Assembly (NCBI GenBank): GCA_035492775.1
Contig: DATJIW010000054.1
Span: forward strand, 1,749-65,748
Length of the DNA: 64,000 bases
Source: Vicinamibacterales bacterium
GTDB lineage: Bacteria; Acidobacteriota; Vicinamibacteria; Vicinamibacterales; 2-12-FULL-66-21
Direction: 5' to 3'
Part shown: positions 1-9,366 of the stretch, in pieces
How the letters are laid out: each line of letters starts with the position of its first letter
Position numbering within the stretch: the stretch's first letter is position 1
The notes under the pieces: model-generated
Database searches by the model: none
What the model was told of the DNA's origin: nothing
What the model saw: only the letters and a program-made list of their open reading frames with translations
Made by a program: the position numbers and the translations under genes

Positions 1-1940
1 CGCGGCGAGCGGACCGCCGCGTCGTAGGTGGCCAGCGCGGTATCACCCGTCCATACAGTTTGCCAAACCGATCGGTTCGTGGAAATCGAAACCTCCAACA
101 CGCGCGGGTACTCCGACGAATAACGGCCGAGCGCCAGTACCACCGCGGCCGGGCGCTCCATGGATCCGAGATCCACCACGATGCTTTCCTGTCCCAGTTG
201 ATTCGGTGCATGCCATCGGGAGACCAGATCTCCGTCGAGGACAGCGCCGATGTCCCTCGTGTTCGTCGAGGCTTCGACACGGGCTATCGCAAGCCGCGGA
301 CCGAGCGGCGGAGTCACCATGGCCGGAGCGGCAGCAATCTCGTAGACGGTCCATCCCGGCGTCACGATGGTCATCTTCGCCGTGTCCACGGACGCGACGA
401 GATCGCGCCATCGATGCTCCAGGTCGAACTCATGGCGGACCACGACCTCGATCGGTCCGCCGGAGGCCAGGTGTTGAAAGATCTCCGTCTCTCCACGCGC
501 CAGGAGGTCCCCGAGCGCATAGTGCTGTGGCGCGACGTATCCGCTATAGCCGTTGAACACCGGACGCGCATCCGCGATGGCTCCGTACATCGCCTCGGTT
601 TCGGTTGCTCTCAAAGGGAGCATCAGGCGTGCGACGGCGGCGGAGTGCGTGACCTGCATCCCCGGATCGGGAAAGAGCATCATGGCCGCGGGCCAGCCGT
701 CCAGCAGCAGACCGGCGACAGCGGCGGCCACGAGCAGACGCCGCATGCCTGCGGATTTCGTACGCGCAACGGCGAGAGCCGCCGCCACGGACAGGCAAAG
801 AATTGAAATCATCCAGAATCGGGCGGGCACTCGGATGCCGTCGAATCCGGGCAGCAGCATCAGAATCTCGTAAGGCCCCGACACGCCGATGGGCCGGCCT
901 TTGTACGCCGGCCGCGGGCCGAGCGCCAGCGTCCACATCGCCACGGCCGCCACTGTGTAGAACGCGAAGTGCTGTCGTGTCGAGCGCGACTCCGCGTCGG
1001 CTCCGCGCGCGCGCGCGCCGGCGATCCCGGCAACGAGAATCAGGAGAATCGTGGCGCCTGGAAACAGTTGCGATTCGAGCTGATCGACGGCATGCACGCG
1101 GTTCCAGATCAGCGACTCCGGCGCAGCGCTCGCGAGGCCTGCGATATCGGCGCTGTAGTATGCGGTTTCGAACGGTGTGCGATGGAAACCGTAAGACGCC
1201 TGGATTCGCTTGTACCCTGCGAGCACCGGCATCGCCAGTGCCGCGGCAACGACCCAGCAGATAGCGACAGTCGCAAGACGTCTCGGAGTCCACCGCAGCG
1301 CGAATCTTGCGAGCCACAGCGCAACAAGCACCGAAAACAGAAAGAAATAGTAGCCGGACGTGAGCACCTGCAACAGCCATGCGCCCGCGAAGAGGATGGC
1401 CCAGCGGAGCCGGCCGTCTTCCGAATACATGTGCAGGCCCACCATCGAGATCGGCATCCAGAACGCGGAAAGCATCTGCAGATGCGCCAGGTGCGTCAGC
1501 CGAAACGGGGGGAATGCGAACGCGACCGCCGCGACCAGCGCGGCGCCGTGCTGGCGGGTGAGGACGAATCCGAGCCCGTACGCCGAAACGCCGCTCAGGA
1601 AGAAGCTCAAAAGAAATGCGACGTTATACCCGAGGAGCGGCTGTCCCAGCCAGAAGAATGGAGCGGTGATCGGGGCGATCCCGAGAAACGTCTCGGAGAA
1701 CGCAAAGACACCGTGCGAAGGATAGAAGGCTGGTGCATTCCACCATCGCTCGGTCAAGGGCATGACGTGGGTCGACCACCACAGGATCCACGTCACAAGC
1801 AGAGGGTCGCCGGTGTCGTGCGGGATCGCGTCTGTGAGATGCAGCGACAACGGCCAGGTATACGCGGCAGTGACGCAGGCGAGAAAGGCCGCCGCGGCGC
1901 CGGCTCTTGCCGCGTCCCCCGTCCGGTTGCGGATGTGCAT
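1..1940 (-). CDS. Polytopic membrane protein, GT-C-type glycosyltransferase-like, with C-terminal F5/8 type C (discoidin)-like region; 3' end runs off the window
   Basis: Absent from the supplied ORF track (no stop inside window). My own minus-strand translation from ATG at 1938-1940 (MHIRNRTGDAARAGAAAAFLACVTAAYTWPLSLHLTDAIPHDTGDPLLVTWILWW...) stays open about 646 codons down to position 3. No other minus-strand track ORF uses this frame. It has many hydrophobic segments. The tail (...DGDLVSRWHAPNQLGQESIVVDLG...VWQTVWTG) resembles discoidin domains. The start overlaps the upstream stop (TGATG). Confidence 0.55.
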   Translation of the reverse strand, partial: MHIRNRTGDAARAGAAAAFLACVTAAYTWPLSLHLTDAIPHDTGDPLLVTWILWWSTHVMPLTERWWNAPAFYPSHGVFAFSETFLGIAPITAPFFWLGQPLLGYNVAFLLSFFLSGVSAYGLGFVLTRQHGAALVAAVAFAFPPFRLTHLAHLQMLSAFWMPISMVGLHMYSEDGRLRWAILFAGAWLLQVLTSGYYFFLFSVLVALWLARFALRWTPRRLATVAICWVVAAALAMPVLAGYKRIQASYGFHRTPFETAYYSADIAGLASAAPESLIWNRVHAVDQLESQLFPGATILLILVAGIAGARARGADAESRSTRQHFAFYTVAAVAMWTLALGPRPAYKGRPIGVSGPYEILMLLPGFDGIRVPARFWMISILCLSVAAALAVARTKSAGMRRLLVAAAVAGLLLDGWPAAMMLFPDPGMQVTHSAAVARLMLPLRATETEAMYGAIADARPVFNGYSGYVAPQHYALGDLLARGETEIFQHLASGGPIEVVVRHEFDLEHRWRDLVASVDTAKMTIVTPGWTVYEIAAAPAMVTPPLGPRLAIARVEASTNTRDIGAVLDGDLVSRWHAPNQLGQESIVVDLGSMERPAAVVLALGRYSSEYPRVLEVSISTNRSVWQTVWTGDTALATYDAAVRSP

Positions 1941-2953
1941 CAGGTGGTGAGGACGACCTTGCCGATGTTCGCGCGGCTCTGGATGAAGCGATGCGCATCC
2001 GCGGCCCGCTCGAGCGGAAAGGTTCTCGATACCACGGGACTGAGACGTCCGGCGTAGAGTTCCTGAAGGATCAGCTCCATCAGCGACTGCAGCGGGCGCC
2101 GCTCGTCCCAGAGATGACCGACGTTCAGTCCGAAGACACCGCGGTTCCGGTTGATGAGCGACAGGGGGCCGAAGTTCGGCATCGTCCACCACGCGCGGAG
2201 CATCCTGCCGAGGCTCCTGCGCTCGCCCGCAACCGAGGAAACACCGACCATCACCAGCCGCCCCATGGGCGCGAGCATCCGGTAGCTCTCTCCAAAGCTG
2301 CGCCCGCCGATCGGATCCAGCACCACGTCGACGCCGCGGCCTTTGGTCAGCTCGAGTATCTCGTTGCGAACGTCGGCGTGCCTGTAATCGATCGCATGCT
2401 CCACGCCGAACGACGCGAGCGCGCTGTGCTTCGCTGCCGACGCCGTGCCGTACACGATCGTTCGCCGGAGCCGCGCGAGCTGCACCGCAGCGATGCCGAG
2501 TCCCCCGCCCGCGTTGTGGACGAGGACCGTGTCGCCGGAAGAGATCGCCGCCATACGGTACAAGGCGATCGCCGCGGTGAGATAGGTGACGGGAACGCTC
2601 GCCGCTTCCGCGTCGCTCAGCGCGTCCGGAAACCGGAACGCCTGATACGCAGGAACGACGACGTAGTCGGCGTAGCCGCCGAAGCGGGTAAGGGCGACGA
2701 CGCGATCGCCGGCGTGCGGCGAGTTGACGCCGGGACCGGCGGCGTCGACGATCCCGGCCACTTCGTATCCGACGACGGCCGGCGGACGGGGAGCATCGGG
2801 ATACAGGCCGATGCGCGCCAGAATGTCGGCGAAGTTCACGCCCGCCGCCCGCACGCGGATGCGCACCTGGCCCTCTCCGGGTTCGGGCACCGGCGCCTCG
2901 CGCAACTCGAGCACATCCGGAGAGCCGTGCCGCGGAATGACGACCTGGCGCAT
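1940..2953 (-). CDS. Zinc-type alcohol dehydrogenase / NADPH:quinone oxidoreductase family (MDR superfamily) protein
   Basis: 337-aa ORF. N-terminus PDVLELREAPVPEPGEGQVRIRVRAAGVNFAD and the Rossmann-type VLVHNAGGGLGIAAVQLA motif are typical of Qor/VAT-1-like MDR enzymes. Confidence 0.85.
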   Translation of the reverse strand: MRQVVIPRHGSPDVLELREAPVPEPGEGQVRIRVRAAGVNFADILARIGLYPDAPRPPAVVGYEVAGIVDAAGPGVNSPHAGDRVVALTRFGGYADYVVVPAYQAFRFPDALSDAEAASVPVTYLTAAIALYRMAAISSGDTVLVHNAGGGLGIAAVQLARLRRTIVYGTASAAKHSALASFGVEHAIDYRHADVRNEILELTKGRGVDVVLDPIGGRSFGESYRMLAPMGRLVMVGVSSVAGERRSLGRMLRAWWTMPNFGPLSLINRNRGVFGLNVGHLWDERRPLQSLMELILQELYAGRLSPVVSRTFPLERAADAHRFIQSRANIGKVVLTT

Positions 2954-3055
2954 GAAAGCGGCAGGGTAGCACGGGTCAGCTGTCCGAAGTCCGTCGTCCC
3001 GCGAAGGTCCCGGCCGAAGTCGAAAGCGAAGAGCCTGCCTCGCCGGAGGCTTCGG

Positions 3056-4018
3056 CTAGACGCCCGCCAGGAGTGCGAGGAGCGCCTTCTGGGTGTGAAG
3101 TCGATTCTCGGACTGATCGAACACCACGGATGCCGCCGAATCGATCACGTCGTCGGTCACTTCGTCGCCACGATGCGCGGGAAGGCAATGCATGAACAGC
3201 GTGTCGGGCGGCGCGGCCGCCATCAGTTCCGCGTTGACCTGGAACGGACGGAAAATCCCGTTCCGCGCCGACGCTTCCGCTTCCTGCCCCATCGACGCCC
3301 AGACATCCGTGTAGATTGCATCCGCGTCGGCAACGGCTGCCACTGGGTCGTGACACACGGACACCCCGCCGCCGAATCGGGCGACCGCTGCGACGCTCTT
3401 CACGACCGCGTCAGGCAGCGCGAATCCTGATGGCGATGCGACGATGACGCGGGCGCCGAGCATCGCGGCCGCCTGCGCGAGCGACGCGGCGACGTTGTTG
3501 CCGTCGCCGACGAAGGCGATCGTCCGGCCTTCGAGCGAGCCCCACTGCTCGACCAGTGTCAGACAATCGGCGAGCGCCTGACAGGGATGCTCCTGGTCCG
3601 TGAGTGCATTCACGACGCAGAGGTTCGGCGCTGCAGCGGCGAACCGTTCGAGGCGGTCCTGCCCGTACGTCCGGATCACCACGCCGTGCACCCAACGCTC
3701 CAGGTTGCGGGCGACGTCCTCCAGCGTCTCGCGACCGCCAAGAGCCACTTCCGCCGGCGGTTCGATGACTTCGCCGCCCAGTTCCCGCACCGCGATCATG
3801 AACGTCGAGCGGGTGCGGAGCGATGGCTTTTCGAAGAGCAGTGCCACGTGCTGGCCGGTCAGCGGCTTTGCCTGCGGGGTGTTTGCGCGTCGCGCCGCTT
3901 TCATCGACGCGGCGAGGTCGAGACACGTCTCGAGCTCTCGCGGCGAGAGATCGAGGATGGACAGAAACTGTGTCGGCACCCAGGGCGCCACGGGTTGGAC
4001 GGCCGCTTGACGGGTCAT
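3056..4018 (-). CDS. argF: Ornithine carbamoyltransferase
   Basis: Motifs [29 protein letters not shown] and [11 protein letters not shown]. Start trimmed to the ATG at 4016-4018, which overlaps the argJ stop (ATGA). Confidence 0.93.
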   Translation of the reverse strand: MTRQAAVQPVAPWVPTQFLSILDLSPRELETCLDLAASMKAARRANTPQAKPLTGQHVALLFEKPSLRTRSTFMIAVRELGGEVIEPPAEVALGGRETLEDVARNLERWVHGVVIRTYGQDRLERFAAAAPNLCVVNALTDQEHPCQALADCLTLVEQWGSLEGRTIAFVGDGNNVAASLAQAAAMLGARVIVASPSGFALPDAVVKSVAAVARFGGGVSVCHDPVAAVADADAIYTDVWASMGQEAEASARNGIFRPFQVNAELMAAAPPDTLFMHCLPAHRGDEVTDDVIDSAASVVFDQSENRLHTQKALLALLAGV

Positions 4019-5238
4019 GTTCGGTACTCCGCGTTGATGCGCACGTATTCGGCGCTGAGATCGCACGTCCACATCCGTGCCGTGCCGGCCTCCTGCGTTC
4101 CGAGGTCGACTTCGATCGCGATGTCGTCGTTTTGCAGGTGCCGTGACGCCTCCTCCGACCGCTCGTCGAACGGTCGTCCGTCGGCGAACAGGATCGTGTC
4201 GCCGATGCGCACCCGGGCGTGATCGAGCGCGAACGCGACGCCGGCGCGACCCGCCACCGCAATGAGGCGGCCCCAGTTCGGATCTGCGCCGTGGATCGCC
4301 GTCTTGACGAGCGGCGAGTTCGCGATCGCTCGCGCGGCGCGTTTCGCCTCGGCGTCGGATTGCGCGCCGGTCACGCGCACCGAGACGAGCTTGGTGGCCC
4401 CCTCGCCGCCGCGAACGATGCCGAGCGCCAGCGGCTCGCAGACGCGTCGCAGCGCTTCGACCAGCAGCCCGCTGTCAGCTGCGCCGAGCTTCACGCCGCT
4501 CGCGCCGTTCGCCAGTGCAAAGACGCAGTCGTTGGTCGAGCATTCGCCATCCACCGAGATTGCGTTGAACGTCACGTCGGCCGCCTGGGTGAGCGCGCGC
4601 TGCAGCAGGGACGGCTCGACGTCCGCGTCCGTCGTCACCACGGCGAGCATCGTCGCCATCATGGGCTCGATCATGCCGGAGCCCTTGGCGATGCCGCCGA
4701 CAACGAACCGGCCATGCGGAGATTCGACGGCGATGGCCGCCTCCTTCGGAAACGGATCCGTCGTCATGATTGCGCGGGCGGCGGCAGCGCCGCCGTGCGC
4801 CTCGAGACCGTTCGCGGCGCTCAGGATTCCGGCGACGACCCGATGACGATCGAGCGCGACGCCGATCACGCCGGTCGACGCGATCAGGACCTCCGCCCGG
4901 CCGGCGCCAACGGCCGCCGCGGCGGCGTCGGCCATCGCGTGTGCCGCCAGGAGACCGTCCGAGCCGGTGCACGCGTTGGCGCACCCGCTGTTGATCGCGA
5001 CAACGCGGGCCCGGCCGCCTGAGGCGGCGAGCCGTTCCTTGGACACGAGGACCGGCGCCGCCTGTGCCTTGTTCAGGGTGAAGACGGCGGCCGCCGCAGC
5101 GGTGCGCTCGCTCGCGATGAGCGCGAGATCCGGGGCGCCGGACTTCTTGATGCCGCAGGCGATGCCCGCGGCCACGAAGCCGGCGGGGGCGCACACCGCG
5201 CCGTCGAGCACAGTAAAGCTGCAGTCGGCGACCGTCAT
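4015..5238 (-). CDS. argJ: Bifunctional ornithine acetyltransferase / N-acetylglutamate synthase
   Basis: 407 aa. N-terminus [25 protein letters not shown] and the self-cleavage region [17 protein letters not shown] are characteristic of ArgJ. The start overlaps the upstream stop (ATGA). Confidence 0.95.
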   Translation of the reverse strand: MTVADCSFTVLDGAVCAPAGFVAAGIACGIKKSGAPDLALIASERTAAAAAVFTLNKAQAAPVLVSKERLAASGGRARVVAINSGCANACTGSDGLLAAHAMADAAAAAVGAGRAEVLIASTGVIGVALDRHRVVAGILSAANGLEAHGGAAAARAIMTTDPFPKEAAIAVESPHGRFVVGGIAKGSGMIEPMMATMLAVVTTDADVEPSLLQRALTQAADVTFNAISVDGECSTNDCVFALANGASGVKLGAADSGLLVEALRRVCEPLALGIVRGGEGATKLVSVRVTGAQSDAEAKRAARAIANSPLVKTAIHGADPNWGRLIAVAGRAGVAFALDHARVRIGDTILFADGRPFDERSEEASRHLQNDDIAIEVDLGTQEAGTARMWTCDLSAEYVRINAEYRT

Positions 5239-5819
5239 GCCGGAATGCGCTCCCGCGCCGGTCCTTCTTCAATCAGGCGCAGGCGCTCGACGCTGGCGCG
5301 GCGCGCGGCGGCGATTCGAGGTGCCGCGACGACCTCGACGAGCCGCAATCCTGCGCCGTGACGAAGCGCGAGGGATACCGCGTACTGCCCGCACCGCCGG
5401 AAGAGCGCGCAGCCGGCGCAGTCGCGCGCGATCTTTTCCGGGACCCAGGCGTGGGGAACGATCGAGAAGCCGAGGTGGACGAAGTGCGATGGCTGATGGG
5501 TGAAGGCGCTCAGCGTCAGAAAGCCAAGCGCCCGTCCGCGCGCAGCCACCGCGTTCACGAGCGCCGCACCCGTTCCGCGCCCGCGCGACTTCTCGCTGAC
5601 GACGAGCGAACGGACCTCGGCGACTTGATCGCTGAGCGGCGCCAGCTCCGCGCAGCCGATCAGCTCCCCATCGGCGATGGCGACGATGAACCGGTCCGCG
5701 TGCATCGCAATCTCCTCCGGCGAGCGCGGGAGAAGATGCCCGTCAGCGACGTTGGCGGCGATGAGTGCGTGAATGGCTGCAGCGTCAGCGAGTGTTCCGA
5801 CGCGAAGTTCGGCATTCAT
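5235..5819 (-). CDS. GNAT-family N-acetyltransferase, short N-acetylglutamate-synthase-like
   Basis: 194 aa from MNAELRVGTLADAAAIHALI. Acetyl-CoA motif VVSEKSRGRGTGAALV; Cys-rich tail CAGCALFRRCGQ. Embedded in the arg operon with ATGA overlaps on both sides. The track ORF 5235..6389 is a 5' over-extension into argD. Confidence 0.8.
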   Translation of the reverse strand: MNAELRVGTLADAAAIHALIAANVADGHLLPRSPEEIAMHADRFIVAIADGELIGCAELAPLSDQVAEVRSLVVSEKSRGRGTGAALVNAVAARGRALGFLTLSAFTHQPSHFVHLGFSIVPHAWVPEKIARDCAGCALFRRCGQYAVSLALRHGAGLRLVEVVAAPRIAAARRASVERLRLIEEGPARERIPA

Positions 5820-7024
5820 GAGCGAGTCTCCTGGGTGGCCGCAGACAGCGCCGCCTCGAGCAGCGGGACCGCTTCGTCGATTTCGCGCTCGGTGATGACG
5901 AAGGGCGGCAGGAGCCGTACGACGGTGTCCGACGTGCGGTTGATCAACAGATGACGCTCGAAGGCATCCTGAACGACTCCGGCTGCAGGCTTGTCGAGTT
6001 CGAGACCCCACATCAGCCCGGCGCCGCGAACGGACTTCACGCAGGCGTGCCGCGCCGCGATTGCGCGTAGCTTCGATTCGAGATACGAACCGGTTGTGGC
6101 TACGTGCGCGAGAAGCCCATTCGCGGTCAGCTCCTCGAGGAACACCAGCGCCGCGCGGCAGGCGAGAAGATTGCCGCCGTAGGTGCTGCCGTGATCGCCC
6201 GGACGTGCAGCATCTGCAACGTTCCGCGAAAACAGTGCCGCGCCGATCGGAACGCCGGCCCCGAGCGCCTTTCCAAGTGCCATCAGATCCGGCCGCAAGC
6301 CCAGACGCTGCGAATAGAACGGCACTCCCGTTCGTCCGCACCCGGATTGCACTTCGTCCGCAATGAGCAACGCGCCAGTACGCGCACACGCGGCCGACAG
6401 CGCTTCCGCCGTGGCCTGCGGCAGCGGGCGGACTCCTCCTTCACCCTGAATCGGTTCGACGATCACCGCAGCGGTGTCATTCGTGATTGCTGCCTGCAAC
6501 GCACCGGCATCATCGGCCGGCGCGAAGACGATCCCCGGAACGAGCGGCGCGAACGGGGCGCGATAGTGCTCATCCCACGTGACCGACAGGGCACCCGCGG
6601 TGCGGCCGTGGAACGAATGCTCGAGCGCGACGACTCTGGAGCGCGGTGCCCCCTGCGCGTGCCAGTAACGGCGCGCGAACTTGAGGCAGGCCTCGACAGC
6701 TTCAGCGCCGCTGTTGCAGAAGAAAACGCGGTCCAGACCGGACAGCTCCGCGAGCTTCGTCGCCAGCTCTCCCTGCAGCGGATGATGGAACAGATTGGAT
6801 GTGTGCAGCAGCGTTCCCGACTGCTCGGCGAGCGCAGCCGCAAGCCGCGCATGCCCGTGGCCGAGCGACGCGACACCGACACCGGAGATGAGATCGAGGT
6901 ACCGCGTGCCGTCGCTGGCGAAGAGCGCGCAGCCCTTCCCCGACTCGAACACGACAGGCGAGCGGCGGTATACCTGCAGGACGTGGGCGTCGAGAACAGC
7001 GGGATCCTGAACAGTCGTCAACAT
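5816..7024 (-). CDS. argD: Acetylornithine aminotransferase (class III PLP aminotransferase)
   Basis: Start trimmed to MLTTVQDPAVLD (ATG 7022-7024). Motifs FFCNSGAEAVEA, LIADEVQSGCGRTG and the lysine region ALGKALGAG. Overlaps the argB stop. Confidence 0.93.
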   Translation of the reverse strand: MLTTVQDPAVLDAHVLQVYRRSPVVFESGKGCALFASDGTRYLDLISGVGVASLGHGHARLAAALAEQSGTLLHTSNLFHHPLQGELATKLAELSGLDRVFFCNSGAEAVEACLKFARRYWHAQGAPRSRVVALEHSFHGRTAGALSVTWDEHYRAPFAPLVPGIVFAPADDAGALQAAITNDTAAVIVEPIQGEGGVRPLPQATAEALSAACARTGALLIADEVQSGCGRTGVPFYSQRLGLRPDLMALGKALGAGVPIGAALFSRNVADAARPGDHGSTYGGNLLACRAALVFLEELTANGLLAHVATTGSYLESKLRAIAARHACVKSVRGAGLMWGLELDKPAAGVVQDAFERHLLINRTSDTVVRLLPPFVITEREIDEAVPLLEAALSAATQETRS

Positions 7025-7824
7025 CGGATTGTTGCGGCCTCCTGAGCCGCGACGATCGTTGTTCCCCGGCCATCGGCATATTTCGCGTCGCGCCCGTCGA
7101 CGATGCGCACCAACCGCACGCCGCCATCGACCGCCGCAAGCGCGGCGTTGAGTTTCACGACCATGCCGTCGCGCGCGGCGCCCCCAGCGACCATGTCGCG
7201 CACGGCACGCGCGTGGAGCCATGCGCAGGTGCTGCCTGTCGCGTCATACACGCCGGGCGTCGAGCCCGCGATGATCAGGCGCTCCGCACCGATCGCACGA
7301 GCCAGGTGCGCGGCGAGGACGTCCGCATTGACATTCAGAAGTGTGCCGTCAGGCGACGTTCCGAGCGTGGCAATCACGGGAACGTAACCGATCTCGAGCA
7401 GATCGCGCAGGAGCCGTGGCGCGTTGTCGTTGCACGGAATGCCGACGAGCCCGGGGGCGACGTCCTCTCCGGCAGCGGTCCGTATGGGATCGGCGATCCG
7501 GCAGACGGCAAGTCGTGCGTCGGCTCCCGTCAGCCCGACGGCCTCCACGCCCGCCGCACCAAGCGCCGCGACGAGGGCGGTGTTGATTCGTCCCGCCAGT
7601 ACCGAGACGACGCTGTCGAGTGCTGCAGCGTCGGTGATGCGAACGCCATCGACGAAGCGCGGCGCCGCGCCCCGCGCGCGGAGATCCGCATCGATGGCGC
7701 GCCCGCCGCCATGGACGACGACCACGGGTCCTGCGGCGACAAGCGACCGGATGCCGTCCGCCGCGACCGCTATCGCGCTGGCGTCTTCCAGCAGCTCGCC
7801 GCCGAGCTTGAGCAGAGTGAGCAT
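7018..7824 (-). CDS. argB: Acetylglutamate kinase
   Basis: 268 aa. LLKLGGELL and VVVHGGG motifs of the amino-acid kinase family. Lies between argC and argD. Confidence 0.93.
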   Translation of the reverse strand: MLTLLKLGGELLEDASAIAVAADGIRSLVAAGPVVVVHGGGRAIDADLRARGAAPRFVDGVRITDAAALDSVVSVLAGRINTALVAALGAAGVEAVGLTGADARLAVCRIADPIRTAAGEDVAPGLVGIPCNDNAPRLLRDLLEIGYVPVIATLGTSPDGTLLNVNADVLAAHLARAIGAERLIIAGSTPGVYDATGSTCAWLHARAVRDMVAGGAARDGMVVKLNAALAAVDGGVRLVRIVDGRDAKYADGRGTTIVAAQEAATIRC

Positions 7825-8823
7825 TCAGTTGAGCCCCATCGCTTCGTCGAAGCCGAAGGCGACGTTGAAGTTCTGCACGGCCTGTCCGGCCGCACCCTTC
7901 ACGAGGTTGTCGATGCACGCGACGACAACGAGTTGTCGCCGCGGCTCGTGGACGCGCCATCCGATGTCGCAGAAGTTCGTGTGCGCGACGTGCTTGATTT
8001 CGGGAAGCTCCGAGCCCGTCAGGCGCACGAACGGCGCGTCGTCATACGCCGCGCGGAAGACGCGAGCGACATCGGTCTCGGTCGCGCCGGGGCGCAGGCG
8101 CGCGTAGATCGTTTCGAGAATGCCCCGATCGATCGGCAGCAGATGGGGCACGAACGTAACGGGAACGCCAAGCTCCTGCTCGATCTCCGCCGCGTGACGA
8201 TGTGCGAACACGCCATATGCCGAGAGGCTCCCGTGGCACTCGCTGAAATGCGTGCGCTCGGTCGGGGTCTTTCCAGCACCGCTCACGCCCGACTTCGCAT
8301 CGATCACGAACGGCTCTTCGAGCAGGTCGGCCGCGATGAGCGGCTGGAGCGCCAGGATTGCCGCGGTGGGATAGCAGCCGGCACACGCGACGAAGCGGGA
8401 CGCCGCGATCCTGTCGCGGTAGCGTTCCGTGAGACCGTAGGTCGGCGTTACGCCGGCATCCGGCGTGTGCGGATACCAGTGGCGGCGCGCGTCGAGGTCC
8501 CTCAACCTGAATGCGCCGGACAGATCGAACACGCGCATGCCGCGCGCGAGCAGATCGGGCGCAACGATGGCGGACGCCTGTTCGGGCAGGGCAAGGAACA
8601 CGGCATCGCAGTCGCCCGCCAGCGCATCGGTATCGAGGGGCTGGACCGGCCCGTCCCAGACGTGCGACAGCGCGCGGACGCGCCGAGGCTCCGCCCCCGG
8701 GCTGCCCATGGCGGCCGTCAGGACGGTGCGCGGGTGTCGGGCCAGCAAACGGATGAGCTCGATACCGGAGTAGCCGCTCGCCCCCGCCACCCCGACCCGC
8801 ACGACACCGGAATACATATTCAT
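7825..8823 (-). CDS. argC: N-acetyl-gamma-glutamyl-phosphate reductase
   Basis: 332 aa. VGVAGASGYSGIELIRLL NAD-binding N-terminus and the catalytic Cys context ACAGCYPTAAILAL. Confidence 0.95.
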   Translation of the reverse strand: MNMYSGVVRVGVAGASGYSGIELIRLLARHPRTVLTAAMGSPGAEPRRVRALSHVWDGPVQPLDTDALAGDCDAVFLALPEQASAIVAPDLLARGMRVFDLSGAFRLRDLDARRHWYPHTPDAGVTPTYGLTERYRDRIAASRFVACAGCYPTAAILALQPLIAADLLEEPFVIDAKSGVSGAGKTPTERTHFSECHGSLSAYGVFAHRHAAEIEQELGVPVTFVPHLLPIDRGILETIYARLRPGATETDVARVFRAAYDDAPFVRLTGSELPEIKHVAHTNFCDIGWRVHEPRRQLVVVACIDNLVKGAAGQAVQNFNVAFGFDEAMGLN

Positions 8824-8834
8824 CGGAACGACTA

Positions 8835-8863
8835 GATATACACGGTAGCGCGCGCTTAGTCAA
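8835..8863 (-). promoter_or_regulatory. Candidate sigma-70 promoter of the argCBD-J-F operon (TTGACT, 17 bp, TATATC); predicts a near-leaderless transcript
   Basis: The minus strand reads TTGACT (8863-8858), a 17-nt spacer, then TATATC (8840-8835). Only 11 nt separate the -10 box from the argC ATG. Confidence 0.45.
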
Positions 8864-8889
8864 CGTTATCGGTGGCGAGTATGCAAGAC

Positions 8890-8903
8890 TGTATGTATAA
8901 TCA
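8890..8903 (+). promoter_or_regulatory. Candidate ARG box (TGTATGTATAATCA) overlapping a perfect TATAAT -10 box (8896-8901) of argR
   Basis: 11 of 14 matches by eye to the core ARG-box pattern TGAATWWWWATTCA. TATAAT lies 12 nt upstream of the ATG at 8914. The region is AT-rich in a GC-rich genome. Confidence 0.35.
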
Positions 8904-8913
8904 TTCCTTTGCC

Positions 8914-9366
8914 ATGAAGTCGTATCGCCAGTCGCTCGTCCTCGAGCTCATCGACCGGGAGCCGGTATCCAGTCAGGAGCAACTGCGGGACAAATTGCGC
9001 CAGCGCGGCATCGAAGTTACGCAGGCGACACTCTCCCGGGACATCCGCGACCTTGGCCTGGTCAAACGCGCCGGCGACGGCGCGTACCGCCGTGCTGCCC
9101 CTTCAGAGATGCCGCAGGATCCCCGAGCATCACTCCGGCGTGCGGTGGCGGATTTTCTGCGGCGGGTCGAGCCGGTTCAACAGCTCGTCGTCATTCGGAC
9201 GGATCCGGGACAGGCGCAGCCGCTCGCGGTGGCGCTCGATCGATCGCAGCGTGTTGACGTCGTCGGGACGATTGGCGGAGACGACACGATCCTGGTCATC
9301 TTCCGCAACGACGCGGATGCGAAGCGGTTCGCAGCCGAGATCGAAGAATGGGCAAAGGGATTATGA
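8914..9366 (+). CDS. argR: Arginine repressor
   Basis: MKSYRQSLVLELIDREPVSSQEQLRDKLRQRGIEVTQATLSRDIRDLGLVK is a winged-helix N-terminus; the C-terminal GTIGGDDTILVIF is the oligomerisation/arginine-binding motif. The track ORF starts at GTG 8872; I prefer the ATG at 8914 (ATG 8881 is an alternative). Confidence 0.88.
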   Translation: MKSYRQSLVLELIDREPVSSQEQLRDKLRQRGIEVTQATLSRDIRDLGLVKRAGDGAYRRAAPSEMPQDPRASLRRAVADFLRRVEPVQQLVVIRTDPGQAQPLAVALDRSQRVDVVGTIGGDDTILVIFRNDADAKRFAAEIEEWAKGL

